In this document: one piece after another, positions 9,566 through 17,778 of the stretch
Position numbering within the stretch: position 1 is the stretch's first letter
Layout of the letters: each line of letters starts with the position of its first letter
DNA from: an uncultured bacterium
Lineage (GTDB): Bacteria > Margulisbacteria > WOR-1 > CAVSGV01
Assembly: GCA_963768305.1 (NCBI GenBank)
Contig: CAVYHE010000008.1
Location: 194,001 to 258,000 of the forward strand
DNA: 64,000 bases
Direction of reading: 5' to 3'
Notes under the pieces: model-generated
The model's input: only the letters and a program-made list of their open reading frames with translations
What the model was told of the DNA's origin: nothing
The model's database searches: none
Position numbers and translations under genes: made by a program

Positions 9566-10768
9566 CTATTTCTTCAAGCTCTCCATTATCCTCGATTTCG
9601 GAAGATCCAGCAAGTTCGCGGTCATATCCTCGGAGCCGGTCTTTTTGAAATAGATGCCCGACAGAGTTTTTTCCACGCTGTTCTTGAAATCCAGAAGGTC
9701 TTCGGGACGGGATGCCTGAAGGCCGTCGAAAACCATTTTGGAGCTCACCTGGATATCCTTAAGCGTTATCACGCCGCCTTCGCAAACAAGCACGGCATTT
9801 TCAAGAACGTTCTCAAGCTCCCTGTAATTTCCCGGCCAGCTGTAGTCGCACAGCATCCCCAGGGCATCCAGCGAAATGCTTTTAACGCTCTTTCCGTATT
9901 TATCGGAGTAGTCGGCTATATACGCTGCCAGCATATCCGGCATGTCCTCAACGCGCTCCTTGAGCGTGGGAACGGCTATTTTCTCCCAATCGGCAAAAAT
10001 AGGATTTTCCACGTGATCGTGAACGCCCGCCGTAATCGTAAGGTTCCCCTTAAGCGCCTTTCCTCTTATGTAATCCAGTATGCTGGCCTGATGTTTTTCA
10101 TCCACGGCGTTGAACCTGTCGAAATAAATGATATCTGACGATGCTATCGCTTCCTGCAGGACCATCCAGAATATGCTTTCCAGGCTTTCTTTGCGAAATA
10201 CAAGCATGTCCAGCGAGGTCAGCTTCCTTTTTATCCCGGAATGATCGCGTATGACCTTCGCTAGGCTTAGAGTGTCAATGCCGGATTCGGAGATAAAAAG
10301 GATGTTCCTGCGCTCTTTTATGGCATATTCAAGGTTTTTGACCAGCGCTCTTATCCTGCCTCCGCCGCCGACCAGCCATTTTTCATGGCCAAAGACCAGC
10401 CGTATGCCGGCGCCCTCCCCCCGCGAAAGGTTCGCTTTTACCGACCCAACTATCCTTTCGCTTAATGCCGGCTTTTTTATGAAATCCGCCACGCCGAGCC
10501 TGGAAGCCTCCACCGCTTCCGGTATGGTGACGTTAGAAGAGAGCATTATGACAGGCGAGAAAGGCGAGAGCCTTTTTATTTCTTTGTAAAGTGCTATGCC
10601 TTTCGCACCCTTCATATCGTCGTCGATGATGACAAAAATGCCGGGATGTTCTTCAGCCTTTTTTAGGACATCCGATCTGCTGACGGCGGATTCAATATTG
10701 TAAGATTCCCTGAGCGGGGAGATGACCGCGGGGTCGTCGCTAAAAACCAGGATATCGTGCTTCTTCAT
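9566..10768 (-). CDS. response regulator with degenerate sigma-54-activator (AAA+) domain, no HTH
   Basis: The N-terminal receiver domain has an FVIIDDDMKG acid pocket and a conserved Lys in DFIKKP. The central domain is homologous to NtrC-type enhancer-binding proteins (FGHEK and WPGNYRELENV). However, Walker A is SESGIDTL (no GK), Walker B is DRF not DE, and GAFTGA is replaced by WLVGGGG. Confidence 0.65.
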   Translation of the reverse strand: MKKHDILVFSDDPAVISPLRESYNIESAVSRSDVLKKAEEHPGIFVIIDDDMKGAKGIALYKEIKRLSPFSPVIMLSSNVTIPEAVEASRLGVADFIKKPALSERIVGSVKANLSRGEGAGIRLVFGHEKWLVGGGGRIRALVKNLEYAIKERRNILFISESGIDTLSLAKVIRDHSGIKRKLTSLDMLVFRKESLESIFWMVLQEAIASSDIIYFDRFNAVDEKHQASILDYIRGKALKGNLTITAGVHDHVENPIFADWEKIAVPTLKERVEDMPDMLAAYIADYSDKYGKSVKSISLDALGMLCDYSWPGNYRELENVLENAVLVCEGGVITLKDIQVSSKMVFDGLQASRPEDLLDFKNSVEKTLSGIYFKKTGSEDMTANLLDLPKSRIMESLKK

Positions 10769-10850
10769 TATTATCCTTCCTTGCCTCGATTATATCACCG
10801 GCCGGGAAGTGGGTAAAGTTATGACCAAGGCAAGGATGACATGGTCCGTA

Positions 10851-11585
10851 TTATGAAGCATTTTTAAAAAGACCTTCAATGTTCTTGATCTCATCGATCG
10901 TGTTGACCCCGAGCGTTTCATTCGGGTCCTCAGCCTTATAAGCAATGACCGTTAAATCTTTTCTTTTTAAGATCCCTATGACATCGGTAAGATAATATTC
11001 CTTTTGCGCGTTGTCCGGTTTGACCTCGTTCAAGGCGGCGAACAGGGCGCGAGAACTGAAACAGTATGTTCCGGTATTTATTTCCTTTATCAGCAATTCT
11101 TCGGCTGTCGCGTCTTTTTTTTCAACTATCTTGACCACCCGGCCCGAATTGTCCCTGACTATCCTGCCATAAGAACCCGGGTCCGGCAAGACAGCTGTCA
11201 TGACAGTTGCGGATACTGAAGGATCTTTTTGATGAAAATCGATCAATGCTTTCAGAGTATCGGAAGTGATGAGCGGCATATCCCCATTCAATACCAGGAC
11301 GACCATGTCCCCTTTCATGAGCGGGGCGGCCTGAGAGACCGCATGGCCTGTGCCCAATTGTTGTTTTTGTTCAACGAAAGTCACGTCAAAGCCTTCACAC
11401 TCTTCTTTTACAAGTTCGGCTTTGTAGCCGACAACGACAAAAACCCTGTCAAGCTTCAACTCATTTACCGCATGCAGGACGCGGACGATCATCGGTTCGC
11501 CCATGACAAGATGTGAAACTTTCGGGAGGTCGGATTTCATCCTGACGCCTTTTCCTGCGGCAAGGATGATCGCTGCGGTTTTCAT
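10851..11585 (-). CDS. sugar-1-phosphate nucleotidyltransferase, GlmU N-terminal-domain-like (no acetyltransferase domain)
   Basis: 244 aa. Nucleotide-binding signature MKTAAIILAAGKGVRMKS...LPKV with a GlmU-like uridylyltransferase core. Neighbour of the glmM-like gene. Confidence 0.75.
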   Translation of the reverse strand: MKTAAIILAAGKGVRMKSDLPKVSHLVMGEPMIVRVLHAVNELKLDRVFVVVGYKAELVKEECEGFDVTFVEQKQQLGTGHAVSQAAPLMKGDMVVLVLNGDMPLITSDTLKALIDFHQKDPSVSATVMTAVLPDPGSYGRIVRDNSGRVVKIVEKKDATAEELLIKEINTGTYCFSSRALFAALNEVKPDNAQKEYYLTDVIGILKRKDLTVIAYKAEDPNETLGVNTIDEIKNIEGLFKNAS

Positions 11586-11680
11586 ATGAAGTGATTATAG
11601 TTTTAAAAGTCCGTCTTGACAAGAAAATATGTAAAATGATAGTGTATCTATGTTAAATAAATATGGGGTGGGGGTGAAAA

Positions 11681-11941
11681 GTGTCAAAGACCTTATATGT
11701 GGGAAATCTCTCTTGGCAGACGACCGAAGCCGAATTGACGGGCGCTTTTGAGGCTCACGGGCAAGTGATATCCTCCAGGATAGTGACGGAAAAAGAGACC
11801 GGAAGATCCCGCGGTTTCGGGTTCGTGGAAGTGGAGGACGATGATGCGGGTAAAATGATAAAAGCGATGAATGGCTACGATCTGGGAGGAAGGGCGATAA
11901 TAGTCAATGAAGCCCGCCCTAAATCACCGCGAGGAGAATAA
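11681..11941 (+). CDS. RRM-type RNA-binding protein
   Basis: RNP2 motif LYVGNL and RNP1 motif RGFGFVEV. GTG start preceded by a GGGGGTGA Shine-Dalgarno. Confidence 0.85.
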   Translation: MSKTLYVGNLSWQTTEAELTGAFEAHGQVISSRIVTEKETGRSRGFGFVEVEDDDAGKMIKAMNGYDLGGRAIIVNEARPKSPRGE

Positions 11942-11955
11942 CCATCCAGATCAAA

Positions 11956-12525
11956 ATGGGTGAAAAAAATATCATCAGCAGGCTAAAGAGCCTTCTTGGC
12001 CCGTCCCGGTTCAGGCATTCCTTAAGGGTCATGGAGAAGGCTGTTTCCCTCTCAAATATACATAAGGTCGACCAAAAAAAAGCCGCGATCGCAGGTCTTC
12101 TCCATGATGTTTCAAGGTACATGGACCGCCCCGGACTTTTAAGGTTCGCTGAAAAAATAAAACTCAAGATCGATCCCATCTCAAGGCTGGAACCAAAGCT
12201 CCTTCACGCCCCCATCTCCGCGTATATCGCAAAGAAAAGGTTCGGGATAAACGACAGACAGATATTAAAAGCTATAAGTTCCCACACGCTTGGCCGCAAG
12301 TCCATGACGGCGCTGGAAAAGATCGTCTATATCGCGGACCACACGGAAGAAGGAAGGATGCATTCAGGCGCGGCAAAAGCAAGGCGGCTTGCGGAAAAGG
12401 ACCTTGATATGGCCGTTGTTGCCGTATCAACTTCTATGATAAAATACCTTACAGATAAAGATTTGCCTGTTCATCCGATGACATTTGAGGTCAGGAATTA
12501 TTATCTCCTAAAACATGGACAATAA
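11956..12525 (+). CDS. yqeK: HD-domain hydrolase, YqeK-like
   Basis: HSLRV...GLLHDVSRY HD motif context. Size is typical of YqeK. Confidence 0.75.
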   Translation: MGEKNIISRLKSLLGPSRFRHSLRVMEKAVSLSNIHKVDQKKAAIAGLLHDVSRYMDRPGLLRFAEKIKLKIDPISRLEPKLLHAPISAYIAKKRFGINDRQILKAISSHTLGRKSMTALEKIVYIADHTEEGRMHSGAAKARRLAEKDLDMAVVAVSTSMIKYLTDKDLPVHPMTFEVRNYYLLKHGQ

Positions 12526-12593
12526 AAGGAACTTAAATAAGCTTCATAAGAGACTTATAAAATTACTGGCTTCCCCGCCAAAAGAATTATCCA

Positions 12594-13520
12594 ATGCGGG
12601 CCGGAGCGCCCCAAAAAATCCGAAAAAACCGAAGAAAAAGTATCATAATGGCCATACTGATAGTTCTGGTCATCTGCATATCGTTGTTCTTAGGCGCAGC
12701 AACGGTCATGGTCGCCAGGTTCACTCTGCTGGAAGCGTTCCTTTCCATGATGTCCACCTCTTCCCTTATAGGAGAAACGAACGTGCTCGTGGTAGGTCTG
12801 GACAATGTGGAAGGGTCCCACAGGACGGATACCATTCTTGTTGTGCACGTTTCATCAAAATATAAAAAGATAAGCGTCGTATCCGTCCCGCGTGACACTA
12901 TCGTGAATATCCCTGCGATCGGCCTTACCAAGGTGAATCATGCATACGCATACGGCGGAATAGACCTGACGCGCGAGACTTTGGAGAATTTCTTCAGGAT
13001 CAAGATACCTTTTACTGTCGCCATAAACTTCGACGGGCTCGCGAAAGTCATTGATACTCTGGGCGGGCTTACGATAAATGTGGAAAAAAGGATGTATTAC
13101 GTGGACTACGCCGGCGGGCTTTATGTGGACCTGTACCCGGGCGAGCAGCTTTTGAACGGCAGGCAGGCCGTGGCATATGTAAGGTTCAGGCACGATGCTG
13201 AAGGCGACATAGGGAGGATACTGCGCCAGCAGAAATTCATCCAGGCGCTCGCACGCAAGATAGTCTCCAAAAAGGACGTCCTGAGCGCGCCAAAGGTCAT
13301 ACTGTCTCTCCTTTCCAACGTCAGTACGAACATGAATGTAAGGCAGATACTGGGGCTTTCCATGGCGATGAGGCAGTCCTTTGATATCGGCAATATAGAA
13401 ATGACATCTGTTCCCGGCGAATCGGTAATGATCGACAAGATCTATTATATGAAGCCGAATCCCGCGGAAGTGGACCGCATAGCCCGCCAGTATTTAAAAT
13501 CAAATATTGCTCGAAAATAA
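12594..13520 (+). CDS. LytR-CpsA-Psr (LCP) family cell-envelope phosphotransferase
   Basis: Single N-terminal transmembrane segment followed by an LCP core (NVLVVGLDN...RTDTILVVHV...SVPRDT...GGL). Confidence 0.85.
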   Translation: MRAGAPQKIRKNRRKSIIMAILIVLVICISLFLGAATVMVARFTLLEAFLSMMSTSSLIGETNVLVVGLDNVEGSHRTDTILVVHVSSKYKKISVVSVPRDTIVNIPAIGLTKVNHAYAYGGIDLTRETLENFFRIKIPFTVAINFDGLAKVIDTLGGLTINVEKRMYYVDYAGGLYVDLYPGEQLLNGRQAVAYVRFRHDAEGDIGRILRQQKFIQALARKIVSKKDVLSAPKVILSLLSNVSTNMNVRQILGLSMAMRQSFDIGNIEMTSVPGESVMIDKIYYMKPNPAEVDRIARQYLKSNIARK

Positions 13521-13541
13521 TACTGATACGGAGGAATTGAG

Positions 13542-13889
13542 ATAGCTAAGAAAAAAATAGATTTTACCGAGGTTATCTGCGAAATACTGGAAGACAAAAA
13601 GGCGGAAGATATCAGCATTGTTGATGTTTCAAAGTTCTCTTCGATAGCGGATCATTTCATCATTGCCACCAGCACATCCGCTCCGCATACAAGAGCCTTA
13701 ATGCAGGCGATCGACGACGGGATGGCCGAGCTTGGGTATAACGCTCCGAAGTGGCAGGGAAAGATAGAATCCAACTGGGTGGTGCTTGACCTGGGAGACA
13801 TAATCGTTCATATTATGGGAGCGGAAGCGCGCAAGCATTACAGCATCGAGGAGATATGGGAAAAAGCCGCGATAACGTATCATCTGTAG
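13542..13889 (+). CDS. rsfS: ribosome silencing factor RsfS (Iojap)
   Basis: Conserved KKAEDISIVDV...ADHFIIATSTS...WVVLDLGDIIVHIM. No in-frame ATG, GTG or TTG is available. A GGAGG Shine-Dalgarno at 13531-13535 sits 6 nt before an ATA at 13542, so this is a non-canonical start or a local sequence error. The track shows only the C-terminal 62 aa. Confidence 0.75.
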   Translation: MAKKKIDFTEVICEILEDKKAEDISIVDVSKFSSIADHFIIATSTSAPHTRALMQAIDDGMAELGYNAPKWQGKIESNWVVLDLGDIIVHIMGAEARKHYSIEEIWEKAAITYHL

Positions 13890-13897
13890 TTAGTTAT

Positions 13898-13970
13898 GGG
13901 GCCGTAGTTCAGCTGGGAGAACGCTTGACTGGCAGTCAAGAGGTCGGGAGTTCGATCCTCCCCGGCTCCA
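13898..13970 (+). tRNA. tRNA-Ala (anticodon GGC)
   Basis: Cloverleaf with a G3:U70 pair in the acceptor stem and anticodon loop CTGGCAG. No encoded CCA. Confidence 0.85.
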
Positions 13971-13994
13971 CTTTTTATTAATTAGGAAGATTTA

Positions 13995-14610
13995 TTGTTC
14001 AAACCATCCAAAATAATCGCCATCGGCCTTAATTATCACGATCATGCCAAGGAAATGAACTTGCCGATCCCCGATCAGCCCGTGATGTTCATGAAGCCGC
14101 CGACATCAGTGATAGGATAACGGCGATAACATCATCTACCCGCCGCAGACAAAGAATCTGCATTACGAAGGCGAACTTGCAGTGATAATAAAGGACAAGA
14201 TCAGGAATATTTCAAAAGAAGAAGCCGCAAACCACATCAAGGGTTATACTTGCTGCAATGATGTGACGGCAAGGGACCTGCAAAAACTGGACGGCCAGTG
14301 GACAAGGGCGAAATCTTTTGATACCTTCTGCCCTCTCGGCCCGAAGATGGTCAAAAACATCGATCCGCTGAATTTAAAGATAACGACCAGGGTCAATGGC
14401 ATCATCAAGCAGGATTCGAACACAAAGAACATGATATTTAATGTATACGAAATCGTTTCTTTTGTTTCCTCTGTCATGACGCTCCTGCCGGATGATATAA
14501 TAATAACAGGCACTCCGGCCGGGATCGGGCCGATGGAAGTCGGAGATACCGTCGAGGTCGAGATCGAAGGCATCGGGATATTGAAGAATATGATCAGCAA
14601 GGAGAGATGA
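13995..14610 (+). CDS. fumarylacetoacetate hydrolase (FAH) family protein (frameshifted)
   Basis: The N-terminal part (LFKPSKIIAIGLNYHDHAKEM...MFMKPPTSVIG) is in frame 0 and the rest (GDNIIYPPQTKNLHYEGELAVII...) in frame +1. One extra T near 14112 breaks SVIGNGDNIIYP. Confidence 0.75.
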
Positions 14611-14941
14611 ATGGAAAATATTACATTTGATCATTTTAAGGCGATGGAGCTAAAAGTGGCGCAGATCAAAGCTTGCGAGGATATTGAAGGCGCGGATAAG
14701 CTTTACAAGCTGACTATCGATATCGGCGAAGAGCGGACGATAGTCGCGGGGATCAAGCAGTTCTATTCAAAAGAAGAATTGATCGGGAAAAAGATCAGCG
14801 GTCGTTTCCAATCTTGAACCGAGAACACTGAGAGGCGTTACTTCTCACGGAATGCTCCTTGCAGCATCAACGGAAGACCGAACTTCTTTAACGCTTTTGA
14901 CCGTCGATAAAGATATTCCCAATGGCAGCAAGATCACCTAA
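14611..14941 (+). CDS. tRNA-binding domain protein (CsaA/Trbp111/MetRS C-terminal-like, frameshifted)
   Basis: FKAMELKVAQIKACEDIEGADKLYKLTIDIGEE matches the OB-fold tRNA-binding domain. The conserved C-terminus (AVVSNLEPRTLRGVTSHGMLLAASTED...PNGSKIT) is in the +1 frame. A single extra A near 14793 splits the gene. Confidence 0.75.
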
Positions 14942-15644
14942 ACCAATAACAACATTTCTCTTTGAGAACCTTACGCATAAAAAAGGTATCGTTCACTTCA
15001 TTTCAACAAGGAACGGCGGCGTAAGCAAAAAGCCATTTGATACATTTAATATCAGCTTTAATGTTTCGGATGATCCAAAAGATGTTCTGAAGAACAGAAA
15101 GCTTCTTGCAGAAGCCGTCGGGATCGATATTGGAAGTATTGTGACCGCAAAGCAGGTCCATGATAATAAAGTCGCTTTTGTGACTAAAGATATGAGAGGA
15201 AAAGGAGCGCTCGATTTTGCATCCGCCCTTGACGGGATAGACGCGATGTTAACGAACGTTCCTAAAATATGCCTGATGGTCCAGATCGCGGACTGCGTCC
15301 CTATCTTATTATATGACCCCGTTAAAAAAGTCATCGGCGCGGTCCATGCCGGATACAAAGGCACGATATTGAAGATAGCCGAAAATACCGTTAAAAGCAT
15401 GATAAAACAATACCGGTCCGATCCAAATGACATATATGTAGGAATAGGGCCATCGATCGGCCCGTGCTGTTACCATTTCGACCTTTGGAAAGCGAACAGG
15501 TCACAGATAAAAGAGTGTGGGGTCCCGGATCTGAACATCGAGACAGCCGGGATCTGCACGAACGACAGGACCGACACGTTCTTTTCTTTCCGCGCGGGCA
15601 AGGGAACTACGGGCAGGTTCGCCGCAGGTATAATGATATTATAA
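14922..15644 (+). CDS. pgeF: purine nucleoside phosphorylase / peptidoglycan editing factor PgeF (YfiH, DUF152)
   Basis: HFISTRNGGVSKKPFDTFN and VTAKQVHDNKV signature. Conserved Cys/His residues (ADCVP, AGYKG). Confidence 0.8.
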   Translation: MAARSPKPITTFLFENLTHKKGIVHFISTRNGGVSKKPFDTFNISFNVSDDPKDVLKNRKLLAEAVGIDIGSIVTAKQVHDNKVAFVTKDMRGKGALDFASALDGIDAMLTNVPKICLMVQIADCVPILLYDPVKKVIGAVHAGYKGTILKIAENTVKSMIKQYRSDPNDIYVGIGPSIGPCCYHFDLWKANRSQIKECGVPDLNIETAGICTNDRTDTFFSFRAGKGTTGRFAAGIMIL

Positions 15645-15717
15645 CCACCTCAGTATAAGCCTTTCATATTACTATTGAACAAAGTATAATATATTTAATT
15701 AGAATTAGCATAAAGGA

Positions 15718-16911
15718 TTGAAAATGCAAAATGCAACCCTTGTAAAGCAAAATATTAAGGATTATTCTGCGCCAGAATATTTATTTGATGATTTAATTGA
15801 TTTTGAACAACCATTTTTCAATGACCAAATTATTACTTATATCGGAAATAAAAGAGCTTTGTTACAATTTATTAATGAAGGCATTGTCACTGTAAAGAAT
15901 CGTTTATCAAAAAAATCGTTGATTATTTTTGATGGTTTCTCAGGGAGTGGGGTAGTCTCTAGACTGTTGAAGTATCACGCAAAAGAACTCCACGTAAACG
16001 ACTTAGAAGATTATTGCGAGATCCTAAATAAATGCTATTTAAGCAATAAATCAGAAGTCGATTTTGATTTCATTAAGTCCAATATTGATTGGCTTAATAA
16101 GAACAAACTAATCTCACACAAAAAAGCCCCTTGTTTTATCCAGTCAAATTATGCGCCGGCAAATGATAATAACATCAAAAAAGGTGAGAGGGTTTTTTAC
16201 ACAAATAGAAATGCAAAAATAATCGACAATCTAAAATATTTGATCAATAAACATATTGATAGACAGAAAAGACATTTTTTCCTCGCCCCATTAATAGTAA
16301 AAGCATCAATAAACACCAATACTTCTGGGGTTTTTAAGGGGTTTCATAAGAAAGATGGCATAGGATGGTTTGGTGGGCGAGGCGAAAATGCTTTAACAAG
16401 AATAAAAAGAGAAATACATTTAGATGTGCCCGTTTTTTCGGAAAAAGAATGCAAAGTAATTATCACAAAAGAAGACGTTAATAAACTTGTTAAGTCCAAT
16501 AAAATACCAAAAGAATATGACCTGGCATATTTTGATCCCCCTTACAATCAACACCCTTATGGCTCCAACTATTTTATGCTTAATATTATTGCCAATGAAA
16601 AAAAAGCGATTGAAATACAGGATGGGGTTAGCGGTATAGCAAAAGACTGGAATAGATCTGCCTACAATAAGAAGCAGCAAGCCGAAGTTGCATTTGAAGA
16701 ATTAATTCAGAATACCAGGGCAAAATATATTTTAATATCATATAACAATGAAGGAATAATCGACCAATGCAAATTAAAAATGATTTTAGAGAAATATGGG
16801 AAGGTTGATGTTATTGAAAAGGAATATAATACATATAGAGGCTCGAGAAATCTAAATAATAGAAATATTAAAGTTAGGGAGATGTTGTGGATTTTGGAGA
16901 AAAATAAATAA
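15718..16911 (+). CDS. N6-adenine DNA methyltransferase, Dam/D12 class
   Basis: N-terminal YIGNKRALL motif, motif I FDGFSGSG and motif IV DPPYN, in alpha-class order. The gene is very AT-rich compared with its flanks. Confidence 0.8.
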   Translation: MKMQNATLVKQNIKDYSAPEYLFDDLIDFEQPFFNDQIITYIGNKRALLQFINEGIVTVKNRLSKKSLIIFDGFSGSGVVSRLLKYHAKELHVNDLEDYCEILNKCYLSNKSEVDFDFIKSNIDWLNKNKLISHKKAPCFIQSNYAPANDNNIKKGERVFYTNRNAKIIDNLKYLINKHIDRQKRHFFLAPLIVKASINTNTSGVFKGFHKKDGIGWFGGRGENALTRIKREIHLDVPVFSEKECKVIITKEDVNKLVKSNKIPKEYDLAYFDPPYNQHPYGSNYFMLNIIANEKKAIEIQDGVSGIAKDWNRSAYNKKQQAEVAFEELIQNTRAKYILISYNNEGIIDQCKLKMILEKYGKVDVIEKEYNTYRGSRNLNNRNIKVREMLWILEKNK

Positions 16912-16921
16912 AGGATGGATT

Positions 16922-17629
16922 ATGTCACATAAAAACCAATTAAGAAAACAAAGAGCTGGAACCATTATTAATGTTACCTCAAAGAAACAAGAAAGCGATA
17001 TTATTAAAGCACTTAGAGTTGTTGAGGATAAAATCAAAAAAGAGTTTCCGAAAATACAATTAGACTTTAAGAAGAATTGGTTATTAGATGAAATCATTAA
17101 AAGGCTTCATATCTTTTTTCCTGAAATTGAATTTCATTGTTATTCAAATAAAAGCAACATGAGGCCTGATGGTGGCATATTGTTTATAAAGAAAAGTGCG
17201 GATGGGGAACTCTTCCCAATTTTAATAACGGAGGCAAAAAATCAAGGGACAAATGACATTAGAAAGGCTGAGGGGAAAAGTAAGCAAGCTCTTGGAAATG
17301 CTATAGAAAGACTTGGAAAAAATGTTATTGGATTTAGAACCGCACTTTTAAATGAATCGATTTTTCCGTTTATTTGTTTTGGCTATGGATGTGATTTCTC
17401 AGAAAATGAAACAATTGTAGACAGAGTTGGGACAATCGCAATGTTTGGCAAACTGAACAAAACATACCTTCACAATGAAGGGGAAAACAGGTTTAATCGT
17501 GGGAGTTTTTATTTTCGAGAAAAGAGATGGTCGCCTGAAGAAATGTCAAAATTAATGTATGAAATAGCAAAAGGCAGTATCTATTATTATTTTTCTAAGT
17601 ATGGCCAAAAATCTTTCGAGAAGCTTTAA
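16922..17629 (+). CDS. EcoRI-family type II restriction endonuclease
   Basis: The segment RPDGGILFIKKSADGELFPILITEAKNQG...ALGNAIER...ESIFPF aligns closely with the EcoRI catalytic core (PD...EAK, GNAIERS). Immediately downstream of the methyltransferase. Confidence 0.8.
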   Translation: MSHKNQLRKQRAGTIINVTSKKQESDIIKALRVVEDKIKKEFPKIQLDFKKNWLLDEIIKRLHIFFPEIEFHCYSNKSNMRPDGGILFIKKSADGELFPILITEAKNQGTNDIRKAEGKSKQALGNAIERLGKNVIGFRTALLNESIFPFICFGYGCDFSENETIVDRVGTIAMFGKLNKTYLHNEGENRFNRGSFYFREKRWSPEEMSKLMYEIAKGSIYYYFSKYGQKSFEKL

Positions 17630-17731
17630 ATGATAAATGTGTGTTGTACAAGCTAACCATTTGAATTTTATTTAATTATTTTCCTTTCATTCTTCCCCAA
17701 TACAAATTTTATCTGATTAATATTATGTCAT

Positions 17732-17760
17732 TTGACTAACTTTTCCCGTTAACATAAAAT
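17732..17760 (+). promoter_or_regulatory. sigma-70-type promoter of ppsA (TTGACT-N17-TAAAAT)
   Basis: Canonical -35 and -10 hexamers with a 17-nt spacer, 19 nt upstream of the ppsA start. A GAGGTGG Shine-Dalgarno follows. Confidence 0.55.
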
Positions 17761-17778
17761 AACTTCAAGAGGTGGCCA

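Noticed and set aside
14922-14941. 20-nt overlap between the tRNA-binding-protein gene end and the pgeF start
   Set aside because: Considered as a sign of a wrong pgeF start. The only in-frame ATG is at 14922 and the N-terminus aligns with the PgeF family (FxFxxL...HFISTRNGG), so the overlap is accepted.
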